Assembly: GCF_009914755.1 (NCBI RefSeq)
Contig: NC_060931.1
Length of the DNA stretch: 64,000 bases
DNA from: the human T2T-CHM13v2.0 reference genome, Homo sapiens
Reading direction: 5' to 3' (one strand)
Part shown: piece by piece, positions 12,701-26,300 of the stretch
Layout of the letters: each line of letters begins with the position of its first letter
How positions within the stretch are numbered: position 1 is the stretch's first letter
Position numbers and translations under genes: made by a program
The notes under the pieces: model-generated
The model's input: the letters and a program-made list of their open reading frames with translations, nothing else
What the model was told of the DNA's origin: nothing
The model's database searches: none

Positions 12701-13930
12701 TTTCATGCTAGACAGAAGAATTCTCAGTAACTTCTTTGTGCTGTGTGTATTCAACTCACAGAGTGGAACGTCCCTTTACACAGAGCAGATTTGAAACACT
12801 CTTTTTGTGGAGTTTGCAAGTGGAGATTTCAAGCGATTTGATGCCAACAGTAGAAAAGGAAATATCTTCAAATAAAAACTAGACAGAATCATTCTCAGAA
12901 ACTACTTTGTGATGTGTGCCTTCAACTCACAGAGTTTAACCTTTCTTTTCTTAGAGCAGTTTAGAAACACTCTGCTTGTTATGTCTGCAAGTGGATATTT
13001 GGACCTCTTTGAGGCCTTCGTTGCAAACGGGGTTTCTTCCTTTCATGCTAGACTAAGAAGAGTTCTCAGTAACTTTTTTGTGTTGTGTGTATTCAACTCA
13101 CAGAGTTGAACCTTGCTTTAGAGAGAGCAGATTTGAAACACTCTTGCTGTGGCATTTTCAGGTGGAGATTTCAAGCGATTTGAGGACAATTGCAGAAAAG
13201 GAAATATCTTCGTATAATAACCAGACAGAATCATTCTCAGAAAGTGCTTTGTGATGTGTGCGTTCAACTCACAGAGTTTAACCTTTCTTTCCATAGAGGA
13301 GTTGGGAAACACACTGTTTGTAAAGTCTGCAAGTGGATATATGGACCTGTTTGAGGCCTTCGTTGGAAACGGGATTTCTTCATTGAATGCTAGACGGAAG
13401 AATTCTCAGTAAATTCTTTGTGTTGTGTGCATTCAACTCACAGAGTGGAACGTCCCTTTAGACAGAGCAGATTTGAAACACTCTTTTTGCGGAATTTGCA
13501 AGTGGAGATTTCTAGCCATTTGATGCCAACAGTAGAAAGGGAAATATCTTCAAATAAAAACCAGACAGAATCATTCTCAGAAAATTCTTTGTGATGTGTG
13601 CGTTCAACTCACATAGTTTAACCTTTCTTTTCATAGAGCAGTTTGGAAACACTCTGTTTGTAAAGTCTGCAAGTGGATATATGGACCGCATTGAGGCCTT
13701 CGTTGGAAACGGGATTTCTTCATTTCATGCTAGACAGAAGAATTCTCAGTAACTTCTTTGTGCTGTGTGTATTCAACTCACAGAGTGGAACGTCCCTTTA
13801 CATAGAGCAGATTTGAAACACTCTTTTTGTGGAGTTTGCAAGTGGAGATTTCAAGCGATTTGATGCCAACAGTAGAAAAGGAAATATCTTCAAATAAAAA
13901 CTAGACAGAATCATTCTCAGAAACTACTTT

Positions 13931-14610
13931 GTGATGTGTGCCTTCAACTCACAGAGTTTAACCTTTCTTTTCATAGAGGAGTTTGGAAACACACTGTTTG
14001 TAAAGTCTGCAAGTGGATATATGGACCTGTTTGAGGCCTTCGTTGGAAACGGGATTTCTTCATTGAATGCTAGACGGAAGAATTCTCAGTAAATTCTTTG
14101 TGTTGTGTGCATTCAACTCACAGAGTGGAACGTCCCTTTAGACAGAGCAGATTTGAAACACTCTTTTTGCGGAATTTGCAAGTGGAGATTTCTAGCCATT
14201 TGATGCCAACAGTAGAAAGGGAAATATCTTCAAATAAAAACCAGACAGAATCATTCTCAGAAAATTCTTTGTGATGTGTGCGTTCAACTCACATAGTTTA
14301 ACCTTTCTTTTCATAGAGCAGTTTGGAAACACTCTGTTTGTAAAGTCTGCAAGTGGATATATGGACCGCATTGAGGCCTTCGTTGGAAACGGGATTTCTT
14401 CATTTCATGCTAGACAGAAGAATTCTCAGTAACTTCTTTGTGCTGTGTGTATTCAACTCACAGAGTGGAACGTCCCTTTACACAGAGCAGATTTGAAACA
14501 CTCTTTTTGTGGAGTTTGCAAGTGGAGATTTCAAGCGATTTGATGCCAACAGTAGAAAAGGAAATATCTTCAAATAAAAACTAGACAGAATCATTCTCAG
14601 AAACTACTTT
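13931..14610 (+). repeat. 4-mer HOR structural variant (680 bp; dimer C deleted, hybrid monomer), copy 1
   Basis: C-type start (aaactactttgtgatgtgtgCCttc) runs into A-type sequence (ttttcATAGAGGAG) at 13973. Anchor spacing 12909 to 14611 is 1702 = 1022+680. Confidence 0.95.
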
Positions 14611-17600
14611 GTGATGTGTGCCTTCAACTCACAGAGTTTAACCTTTCTTTTCTTAGAGCAGTTTAGAAACACTCTGCTTGTTATGTCTGCAAGTGGATAT
14701 TTGGACCTCTTTGAGGCCTTCGTTGCAAACGGGGTTTCTTCCTTTCATGCTAGACTAAGAAGAGTTCTCAGTAACTTTTTTGTGTTGTGTGTATTCAACT
14801 CACAGAGTTGAACCTTGCTTTAGAGAGAGCAGATTTGAAACACTCTTGCTGTGGCATTTTCAGGTGGAGATTTCAAGCGATTTGAGGACAATTGCAGAAA
14901 AGGAAATATCTTCGTATAATAACCAGACAGAATCATTCTCAGAAAGTGCTTTGTGATGTGTGCGTTCAACTCACAGAGTTTAACCTTTCTTTTCATAGAG
15001 GAGTTTGGAAACACACTGTTTGTAAGGACTGCAAGTGGATATATGGACCTGTTTGAGGCCTTCGTTGGAAACGGGATTTCTTCATTGAATGCTAGACGGA
15101 AGAATTCTCAGTAAATTCTTTGTGTTGTGTGCATTCAACTCACAGAGTGGAACGTCCCTTTAGACACAGCAGATTTGAAACACTCTTTTTGCGGAATTTG
15201 CAAGTGGAGATTTCTAGCCATTTGATGCCAACAGTAGAAAGGGAAATATCTTCAAATAAAAACCAGACAGAATCATTCTCAGCAAATTCTTTGTGATGTG
15301 TGCGTTCAACTCACATAGTTTAACCTTTCTTTTCATAGAGCAGTTTGGAAACACTCTGTTTGTAAAGTCTGCAAGTGGATATATGGACCGCATTGAGGCC
15401 TTCGTTGGAAACGGGATTTCTTCATTTCATGCTAGACAGAAGAATTCTCAGTAACTTCTTTGTGCTGTGTGTATTCAACTCAGAGTGGAACGTCCCTTTG
15501 CACAGAGCAGATTTGAAACACTCTTTTTGTGGAGTTTGCAAGTGGAGATTTCAAGCGATTTGATGCCAACAGTAGAAAAGGAAATATCTTCAAATAAAAA
15601 CTAGACAGAATCATTCTCAGAAACTACTTTGTGATGTGTGCCTTCAACTCACAGAGTTCAACCTTTCTTTTCTTAGAGCAGTTTAGAAACACTCTGCTTG
15701 TTATGTCTGCAAGTGGATATTTGGACCTCTTTGAGGCCTTCGTTGCAAACGGGGTTTCTTCCTTTCATGCTAGACTAAGAAGAGTTCTCAGTAACTTTTT
15801 TGTGTTGTGTGTATTCAACTCACAGAGTTGAACCTTGCTTTAGAGAGAGCAGATTTGAAACACTCTTGCTGTGGCATTTTCAGGTGGAGATTTCAAGCGA
15901 TTTGAGGACAATTGCAGAAAAGGAAATATCTTCGTATAATAACCAGACAGAATCATTCTCAGAAAGTGCTTTGTGATGTGTGCGTTCAACTCACAGAGTT
16001 TAACCTTTCTTTTCATAGAGGAGTTTGGAAACACACTGTTTGTAAAGTCTGCAAGTGGATACATGGACCTGTTTGAGGCCTTCGTTGGAAACGGGATTTC
16101 TTCATTGAATGCTAGACGGAAGAATTCTCAGTAAATTCTTTGTGTTGTGTGCATTCAACTCACAGAGTGGAACGTCCCTTTAGACAGAGCAGATTTGAAA
16201 CACTCTTTTTGCGGAATTTGCAAGTGGAGATTTCTAGCCATTTGATGCCAACAGTAGAAAGGGAAATATCTTCAAATAAAAACCAGACAGAATCATTCTC
16301 AGAAAATTCTTTGTGATGTGTGCGTTCAACTCACATAGTTTAACCTTTCTTTTCATAGAGCAGTTTGGAAACACTCTGTTTGTAAAGTCTGCAAGTGGAT
16401 ATATGGACCGCTTTGAGGCCTTCGTTGGAAACGGGATTTCTTCATTTCATGCTAGACAGAAGAATTCTCAGTAACTTCTTTGTGCTGTGTGTATTCAACT
16501 CACAGAGTGGAACGTCCCTTTGCACAGAGCAGATTTGAAACACTCTTTTTGTGGAGTTTGCAAGTGGAGATTTCAAGCGATTTGATGCCAACAGTAGAAA
16601 AGGAAATATCTTCAAATAAAAACTAGACAGAATCATTCTCAGAAACTACTTTGTGATGTGTGCCTTCAACTCACAGAGTTTAACCTTTCTTTTCTTAGAG
16701 CAGTTTAGAAACACTCTGCTTGTTATGTCTGCAAGTGGATATTTGGACCTCTTTGAGGCCTTCGTTGCAAACGGGGTTTCTTCCTTTCATGCTAGACTAA
16801 GAAGAGTTCTCAGTAACTTTTTTGTGTTGTGTGTATTCAACTCACAGAGTTGAACCTTGCTTTAGAGAGAGCAGATTTGAAACACTCTTGCTGTGGCATT
16901 TTCAGGTGGAGATTTCAAGCGATTTGAGGACAATTGCAGAAAAGGAAATATCTTCGTATAATAACCAGACAGAATCATTCTCAGAAAGTGCTTTGTGATG
17001 TGTGCGTTCAACTCACAGAGTTTAACCTTTCTTTTCATAGAGGAGTTTGGAAACACACTGTTTGTAAAGTCTGCAAGTGGATACATGGACCTGTTTGAGG
17101 CCTTCGTTGGAAACGGGATTTCTTCATTGAATGCTAGACGGAAGAATTCTCAGTAAATTCTTTGTGTTGTGTGCATTCAACTCACAGAGTGGAACGTCCC
17201 TTTAGACAGAGCAGATTTGAAACACTCTTTTTGCGGAATTTGCAAGTGGAGATTTCTAGCCATTTGATGCCAACAGTAGAAAGGGAAATATCTTCAAATA
17301 AAAACCAGACAGAATCATTCTCAGAAAATTCTTTGTGATGTGTGCGTTCAACTCACATAGTTTAACCTTTCTTTTCATAGAGCAGTTTGGAAACACTCTG
17401 TTTGTAAAGTCTGCAAGTGGATATATGGACCGCTTTGAGGCCTTCGTTGGAAACGGGATTTCTTCATTTCATGCTAGACAGAAGAATTCTCAGTAACTTC
17501 TTTGTGCTGTGTGTATTCAACTCACAGAGTGGAACGTCCCTTTGCACAGAGCAGATTTGAAACACTCTTTTTGTGGAGTTTGCAAGTGGAGATTTCAAGC

Positions 17601-19718
17601 GATTTGATGCCAACAGTAGAAAAGGAAATATCTTCAAATAAAAACTAGACAGAATCATTCTCAGAAACTACTTTGTGATGTGTGCCTTCAACTCACAGAG
17701 TTCAACCTTTCTTTTCTTAGAGCAGTTTAGAAACACTCTGCTTGTTATGTCTGCAAGTGGATATTTGGACCTCTTTGAGGCCTTCGTTGCAAACGGGGTT
17801 TCTTCCTTTCATGCTAGACTAAGAAGAGTTCTCAGTAACTTTTTTGTGTTGTGTGTATTCAACTCACAGAGTTGAACCTTGCTTTAGAGAGAGCAGATTT
17901 GAAACACTCTTGCTGTGGCATTTTCAGGTGGAGATTTCAAGCGATTTGAGGACAATTGCAGAAAAGGAAATATCTTCGTATAATAACCAGACAGAATCAT
18001 TCTCAGAAAGTGCTTTGTGATGTGTGCGTTCAACTCACAGAGTTTAACCTTTCTTTTCATAGAGGAGTTTGGAAACACACTGTTTGTAAAGTCTGCAAGT
18101 GGATACATGGACCTGTTTGAGGCCTTCGTTGGAAACGGGATTTCTTCATTGAATGCTAGACGGAAGAATTCTCAGTAAATTCTTTGTGTTGTGTGCATTC
18201 AACTCACAGAGTGGAACGTCCCTTTAGACAGAGCAGATTTGAAACACTCTTTTTGCGGAATTTGCAAGTGGAGATTTCTAGCCATTTGATGCCAACAGTA
18301 GAAAGGGAAATATCTTCAAATAAAAACCAGACAGAATCATTCTCAGCAAATTCTTTGTGATGTGTGCGTTCAACTCACATAGTTTAACCTTTCTTTTCAT
18401 AGAGCAGTTTGGAAACACTCTGTTTGTAAAGTCTGCAAGTGGATATATGGACCGCATTGAGGCCTTCGTTGGAAACGGGATTTCTTCATTTCATGCTAGA
18501 CAGAAGAATTCTCAGTAACTTCTTTGTGCTGTGTGTATTCAACTCACAGAGTGGAACGTCCCTTTACACAGAGCAGATTTGAAACACTCTTTTTGTGGAG
18601 TTTGCAAGTGGAGATTTCAAGCGATTTGATGCCAACAGTAGAAAAGGAAATATCTTCAAATAAAAACTAGACAGAATCATTCTCAGAAACTACTTTGTGA
18701 TGTGTGCCTTCAACTCACAGAGTTTAACCTTTCTTTTCTTAGAGCAGTTTAGAAACACTCTGCTTGTTATGTCTGCAAGTGGATATTTGGACCTCTTTGA
18801 GGCCTTCGTTGCAAACGGGGTTTCTTCCTTTCATGCTAGACTAAGAAGAGTTCTCAGTAACTTTTTTGTGTTGTGTGTATTCAACTCACAGAGTTGAACC
18901 TTGCTTTAGAGAGAGCAGATTTGAAACACTCTTGCTGTGGCATTTTCAGGTGGAGATTTCAAGCGATTTGAGGACAATTGCAGAAAAGGAAATATCTTCG
19001 TATAATAACCAGACAGAATCATTCTCAGAAAGTGCTTTGTGATGTGTGCGTTCAACTCACAGAGTTTAACCTTTCTTTCCATAGAGGAGTTTGGAAACAC
19101 ACTGTTTGTAAAGTCTGCAAGTGGATATATGGACCTGTTTGAGGCCTTCGTTGGAAACGGGATTTCTTCATTGAATGCTAGACGGAAGAATTCTCAGTAA
19201 ATTCTTTGTGTTGTGTGCATTCAACTCACAGAGTGGAACGTCCCTTTAGACAGAGCAGATTTGAAACACTCTTTTTGCGGAATTTGCAAGTGGAGATTTC
19301 TAGCCATTTGATGCCAACAGTAGAAAGGGAAATATCTTCAAATAAAAACCAGACAGAATCATTCTCAGAAAATTCTTTGTGATGTGTGCGTTCAACTCAC
19401 ATAGTTTAACCTTTCTTTTCATAGAGCAGTTTGGAAACACTCTGTTTGTAAAGTCTGCAAGTGGATATATGGACCGCATTGAGGCCTTCGTTGGAAACGG
19501 GATTTCTTCATTTCATGCTAGACAGAAGAATTCTCAGTAACTTCTTTGTGCTGTGTGTATTCAACTCACAGAGTGGAACGTCCCTTTACACAGAGCAGAT
19601 TTGAAACACTCTTTTTGTGGAGTTTGCAAGTGGAGATTTCAAGCGATTTGATGCCAACAGTAGAAAAGGAAATATCTTCAAATAAAAACTAGACAGAATC
19701 ATTCTCAGAAACTACTTT

Positions 19719-20398
19719 GTGATGTGTGCCTTCAACTCACAGAGTTTAACCTTTCTTTTCATAGAGGAGTTTGGAAACACACTGTTTGTAAAGTCTGCAA
19801 GTGGATATATGGACCTGTTTGAGGCCTTCGTTGGAAACGGGATTTCTTCATTGAATGCTAGACGGAAGAATTCTCAGTAAATTCTTTGTGTTGTGTGCAT
19901 TCAACTCACAGAGTGGAACGTCCCTTTAGACAGAGCAGATTTGAAACACTCTTTTTGCGGAATTTGCAAGTGGAGATTTCTAGCCATTTGATGCCAACAG
20001 TAGAAAGGGAAATATCTTCAAATAAAAACCAGACAGAATCATTCTCAGAAAATTCTTTGTGATGTGTGCGTTCAACTCACATAGTTTAACCTTTCTTTTC
20101 ATAGAGCAGTTTGGAAACACTCTGTTTGTAAAGTCTGCAAGTGGATATATGGACCGCATTGAGGCCTTCGTTGGAAACGGGATTTATTCATTTCATGCTA
20201 GACAGAAGAATTCTCAGTAACTTCTTTGTGCTGTGTGTATTCAACTCACAGAGTCGAACGTCCCTTTACACAGAGCAGATTTGAAACACTCTTTTTGTGG
20301 AGTTTGCAAGTGGAGATTTCAAGCGATTTGATGCCAACAGTAGAAAAGGAAATATCTTCAAATAAAAACTAGACAGAATCATTCTCAGAAACTACTTT
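19719..20398 (+). repeat. 4-mer HOR structural variant, copy 2
   Basis: Same hybrid junction (19731-19760); anchors 18697 to 20399 = 1702. Confidence 0.95.
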
Positions 20399-23300
20399 GT
20401 GATGTGTGCCTTCAACTCACAGAGTTTAACCTTTCTTTTCTTAGAGCAGTTTAGAAACACTCTGCTTGTTATGTCTGCAAGTGGATATTTGGACCTCTTT
20501 GAGGCCTTCGTTGCAAACGGGGTTTCTTCCTTTCATGCTAGACTAAGAAGAGTTCTCAGTAACTTTTTTGTGTTGTGTGTATTCAACTCACAGAGTTGAA
20601 CCTTGCTTTAGAGAGAGCAGATTTGAAACACTCTTGCTGTGGCATTTTCAGGTGGAGATTTCAAGCGATTTGAGGACAATTGCAGAAAAGGAAATATCTT
20701 CGTATAATAACCAGACAGAATCATTCTCAGAAAGTGCTTTGTGATGTGTGCGTTCAACTCACAGAGTTTAACCTTTCTTTTCATAGAGGAGTTTGGAAAC
20801 ACACTGTTTGTAAGGACTGCAAGTGGATATATGGACCTGTTTGAGGCCTTCGTTGGAAACGGGATTTCTTCATTGAATGCTAGACGGAAGAATTCTCAGT
20901 AAATTCTTTGTGTTGTGTGCATTCAACTCACAGAGTGTAACGTCCCTTTAGACACAGCAGATTTGAAACACTCTTTTTGCGGAATTTGCAAGTGGAGATT
21001 TCTAGCCATTTGATGCCAACAGTAGAAAGGGAAATATCTTCAAATAAAAACCAGACAGAATCATTCTCAGCAAATTCTTTGTGATGTGTGCGTTCAACTC
21101 ACATAGTTTAACCTTTCTTTTCATAGAGCCGTTTGGAAACACTCTGTTTGTAAAGTCTGCAAGTGGATATATGGACCGCATTGAGGCCTTCGTTGGAAAC
21201 GGGATTTCTTCATTTCATGCTAGACAGAAGAATTCTCAGTAACTTCTTTGTGCTGTGTGTATTCAACTCACAGAGTGGAACGTCCCTTTGCACAGAGCAG
21301 ATTTGAAACACTCTTTTTGTGGAGTTTGCAAGTGGAGATTTCAAGCGATTTGATGCCAACAGTAGAAAAGGAAATATCTTCAAATAAAAACTAGACAGAA
21401 TCATTCTCAGAAACTACTTTGTGATGTGTGCCTTCAACTCACAGAGTTCAACCTTTCTTTTCTTAGAGCAGTTTAGAAACACTCTGCTTGTTATGTCTGC
21501 AAGTGGATATTTGGACCTCTTTGAGGCCTTCGTTGCAAACGGGGTTTCTTCCTTTCATGCTAGACTAAGAAGAGTTCTCAGTAACTTTTTTGTGTTGTGT
21601 GTATTCAACTCACAGTGTTGAACCTTGCTTTAGAGAGAGCAGATTTGAAACACTCTTGCTGTGGCATTTTCAGGTGGAGATTTCAAGCGATTTGAGGACA
21701 ATTGCAGAAAAGGAAATATCTTCGTATAATAACCAGACAGAATCATTCTCAGAAAGTGCTTTGTGATGTGTGCGTTCAACTCACAGAGTTTAACCTTTCT
21801 TTTCATAGAGGAGTTTGGAAACACACTGTTTGTAAAGTCTGCAAGTGGATACATGGACCTGTTTGAGGCCTTCGTTGGAAACGGGATTTCTTCATTGAAT
21901 GCTAGACGGAAGAATTCTCAGTAAATTCTTTGTGTTGTGTGCATTCAACTCACAGAGTGGAACGTCCCTTTAGACAGAGCAGATTTGAAACACTCTTTTT
22001 GCGGAATTTGCAAGTGGAGATTTCTAGCCATTTGATGCCAACAGTAGAAAGGGAAATATCTTCAAATAAAAACCAGACAGAATCATTCTCAGAAAATTCT
22101 TTGTGATGTGTGCGTTCAACTCACATAGTTTAACCTTTCTTTTCATAGAGCAGTTTGGAAACACTCTGTTTGTAAAGTCTGCAAGTGGATATATGGACCG
22201 CTTTGAGGCCTTCGTTGGAAACGGGATTTCTTCATTTCATGCTAGACAGAAGAATTCTCAGTAACTTCTTTGTGCTGTGTGTATTCAACTCACAGAGTGG
22301 AACGTCCCTTTGCACAGAGCAGATTTGAAACACTCTTTTTGTGGAGTTTGCAAGTGGAGATTTCAAGCGATTTGATGCCAACAGTAGAAAAGGAAATATC
22401 TTCAAATAAAAACTAGACAGAATCATTCTCAGAAACTACTTTGTGATGTGTGCCTTCAACTCACAGAGTTTAACCTTTCTTTTCTTAGAGCAGTTTAGAA
22501 ACACTCTGCTTGTTATGTCTGCAAGTGGATATTTGGACCTCTTTGAGGCCTTCGTTGCAAACGGGGTTTCTTCCTTTCATGCTAGACTAAGAAGAGTTCT
22601 CAGTAACTTTTTTGTGTTGTGTGTATTCAACTCACAGAGTTGAACCTTGCTTTAGAGAGAGCAGATTTGAAACACTCTTGCTGTGGCATTTTCAGGTGGA
22701 GATTTCAAGCGATTTGAGGACAATTGCAGAAAAGGAAATATCTTCGTATAATAACCAGACAGAATCATTCTCAGAAAGTGCTTTGTGATGTGTGCGTTCA
22801 ACTCACAGAGTTTAACCTTTCTTTTCATAGAGGAGTTTGGAAACACACTGTTTGTAAAGTCTGCAAGTGGATACATGGACCTGTTTGAGGCCTTCGTTGG
22901 AAACGGGATTTCTTCATTGAATGCTAGACGGAAGAATTCTCAGTAAATTCTTTGTGTTGTGTGCATTCAACTCACAGAGTGGAACGTCCCTTTAGACAGA
23001 GCAGATTTGAAACACTCTTTTTGCGGAATTTGCAAGTGGAGATTTCTAGCCATTTGATGCCAACAGTAGAAAGGGAAATATCTTCAAATAAAAACCAGAC
23101 AGAATCATTCTCAGAAAATTCTTTGTGATGTGTGCGTTCAACTCACATAGTTTAACCTTTCTTTTCATAGAGCAGTTTGGAAACACTCTGTTTGTAAAGT
23201 CTGCAAGTGGATATATGGACCGCATTGAGGCCTTCGTTGGAAACGGGATTTCTTCATTTCATGCTAGACAGAAGAATTCTCAGTAACTTCTTTGTGCTGT

Positions 23301-26300
23301 GTGTATTCAACTCACAGAGTGGAACGTCCTTTTGCACAGAGCAGATTTGAAACACTCTTTTTGTGGAGTTTGCAAGTGGAGATTTCAAGCGATTTGATGC
23401 CAACAGTAGAAAAGGAAATATCTTCAAATAAAAACTAGACAGAATCATTCTCAGAAACTACTTTGTGATGTGTGCCTTCAACTCACAGAGTTCAACCTTT
23501 CTTTTCTTAGAGCAGTTTAGAAACACTCTGCTTGTTATGTCTGCAAGTGGATATTTGGACCTCTTTGAGGCCTTCGTTGCAAACGGGGTTTCTTCCTTTC
23601 ATGCTAGACTAAGAAGAGTTCTCAGTAACTTTTTTGTGTTGTGTGTATTCAACTCACAGAGTTGAACCTTGCTTTAGAGACAGCAGATTTGAAACACTCT
23701 TGCTGTGGCATTTTCAGGTGGAGATTTCAAGCGATTTGAGGACAATTGCAGAAAAGGAAATATCTTCGTATAATAACCAGACAGAATCATTCTCAGAAAG
23801 TGCTTTGTGATGTGTGCGTTCAACTCACAGAGTTTAACCTTTCTTTTCATAGAGGAGTTTGGAAACACACTGTTTGTAAAGTCTGCAAGTGGATACATGG
23901 ACCTGTTTGAGGCCTTCGTTGGAAACGGGATTTCTTCATTGAATGCTAGACGGAAGAATTCTCAGTAAATTCTTTGTGTTGTGTGCATTCAACTCACAGA
24001 GTGGAACGTCCCTTTAGACAGAGCAGATTTGAAACACTCTTTTTGCGGAATTTGCAAGTGGAGATTTCTAGCCATTTGATGCCAACAGTAGAAAGGGAAA
24101 TATCTTCAAATAAAAACCAGACAGAATCATTCTCAGCAAATTCTTTGTGATGTGTGCATTCAACTCACATAGTTTAACCTTTCTTTTCATAGAGCAGTTT
24201 GGAAACACTCTGTTTGTAAAGTCTGCAAGTGGATATATGGACCGCATTGAGGCCTTCGTTGGAAACGGGATTTCTTCATTTCATGCTAGACAGAAGAATT
24301 CTCAGTAACTTCTTTGTGCTGTGTGTATTCAACTCACAGAGTGGAACGTCCCTTTGCACAGAGCAGATTTGAAACACTCTTTTTGTGGAGTTTGCAAGTG
24401 GAGATTTCAAGCGATTTGATGCCAACAGTAGAAAAGGAAATATCTTCAAATAAAAACTAGACAGAATCATTCTCAGAAACTACTTTGTGATGTGTGCCTT
24501 CAACTCACAGAGTTTAACCTTTCTTTTCTTAGAGCAGTTTAGAAACACTCTGCTTGTTATGTCTGCAAGTGGATATTTGGACCTCTTTGAGGCCTTCGTT
24601 GCAAACGGGGTTTCTTCCTTTCATGCTAGACTAAGAAGAGTTCTCAGTAACTTTTTTGTGTTGTGTGTATTCAACTCACAGAGTTGAACCTTGCTTTAGA
24701 GAGAGCAGATTTGAAACACTCTTGCTGTGGCATTTTCAGGTGGAGATTTCAAGCGATTTGAGGACAATTGCAGAAAAGGAAATATCTTCGTATAATAACC
24801 AGACAGAATCATTCTCAGAAAGTGCTTTGTGATGTGTGCGTTCAACTCACAGAGTTTAACCTTTCTTTTCATAGAGGAGTTTGGAAACACACTGTTTGTA
24901 AAGTCTGCAAGTGGATACATGGACCTGTTTGAGGCCTTCGTTGGAAACGGGATTTCTTCATTGAATGCTAGACGGAAGAATTCTCAGTAAATTCTTTGTG
25001 TTGTGTGCATTCAACTCACAGAGTGGAACGTCCCTTTAGACAGAGCAGATTTGAAACACTCTTTTTGCGGAATTTGCAAGTGGAGATTTCTAGCCATTTG
25101 ATGCCAACAGTAGAAAGGGAAATATCTTCAAATAAAAACCAGACAGAATCATTCTCAGAAAATTCTTTGTGATGTGTGCGTTCAACTCACATAGTTTAAC
25201 CTTTCTTTTCATAGAGCAGTTTGGAAACACTCTGTTTGTAAAGTCTGCAAGTGGATATATGGACCGCTTTGAGGCCTTCGTTGGAAACGGGATTTCTTCA
25301 TTTCATGCTAGACAGAAGAATTCTCAGTAACTTCTTTGTGCTGTGTGTATTCAACTCACAGAGTGGAACGTCCCTTTACACAGAGCAGATTTGAAACACT
25401 CTTTTTGTGGAGTTTGCAAGTGGAGATTTCAAGCGATTTGATGCCAACAGTAGAAAAGGAAATATCTTCAAATAAAAACTAGACAGAATCATTCTCAGAA
25501 ACTACTTTGTGATGTGTGCCTTCAACTCACAGAGTTTAACCTTTCTTTTCTTAGAGCAGTTTAGAAACACTCTGCTTGTTATGTCTGCAAGTGGATATTT
25601 GGACCTCTTTGAGGCCTTCGTTGCAAACGGGGTTTCTTCCTTTCATGCTAGACTAAGAAGAGTTCTCAGTAACTTTTTTGTGTTGTGTGTATTCAACTCA
25701 CAGAGTTGAACCTTGCTTTAGAGAGAGCAGATTTGAAACACTCTTGCTGTGGCATTTTCAGGTGGAGATTTCAAGCGATTTGAGGACAATTGCAGAAAAG
25801 GAAATATCTTCGTATAATAACCAGACAGAATCATTCTCAGAAAGTGCTTTGTGATGTGTGCGTTCAACTCACAGAGTTTAACCTTTCTTTTCATAGAGGA
25901 GTTTGGAAACACACTGTTTGTAAGGACTGCAAGTGGATATATGGACCTGTTTGAGGCCTTCGTTGGAAACGGGATTTCTTCATTGAATGCTAGACGGAAG
26001 AATTCTCAGTAAATTCTTTGTGTTGTGTGCATTCAACTCACAGAGTGGAACGTCCCTTTAGACAGAGCAGATTTGAAACACTCTTTTTGCGGAATTTGCA
26101 AGTGGAGATTTCTAGCCATTTGATGCCAACAGTAGAAAGGGAAATATCTTCAAATAAAAACCAGACAGAATCATTCTCAGAAAATTCTTTGTGATGTGTG
26201 CGTTCAACTCACATAGTTTAACCTTTCTTTTCATAGAGCAGTTTGGAAACACTCTGTTTGTAAAGTGTGCAAGTGGATATATGGACCGCATTGAGGCCTT

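Noticed and set aside
15375-15563. Unique 62-aa ORF
   Set aside because: It is created by the 2-bp deletion at ~15481, which fuses two satellite reading frames.
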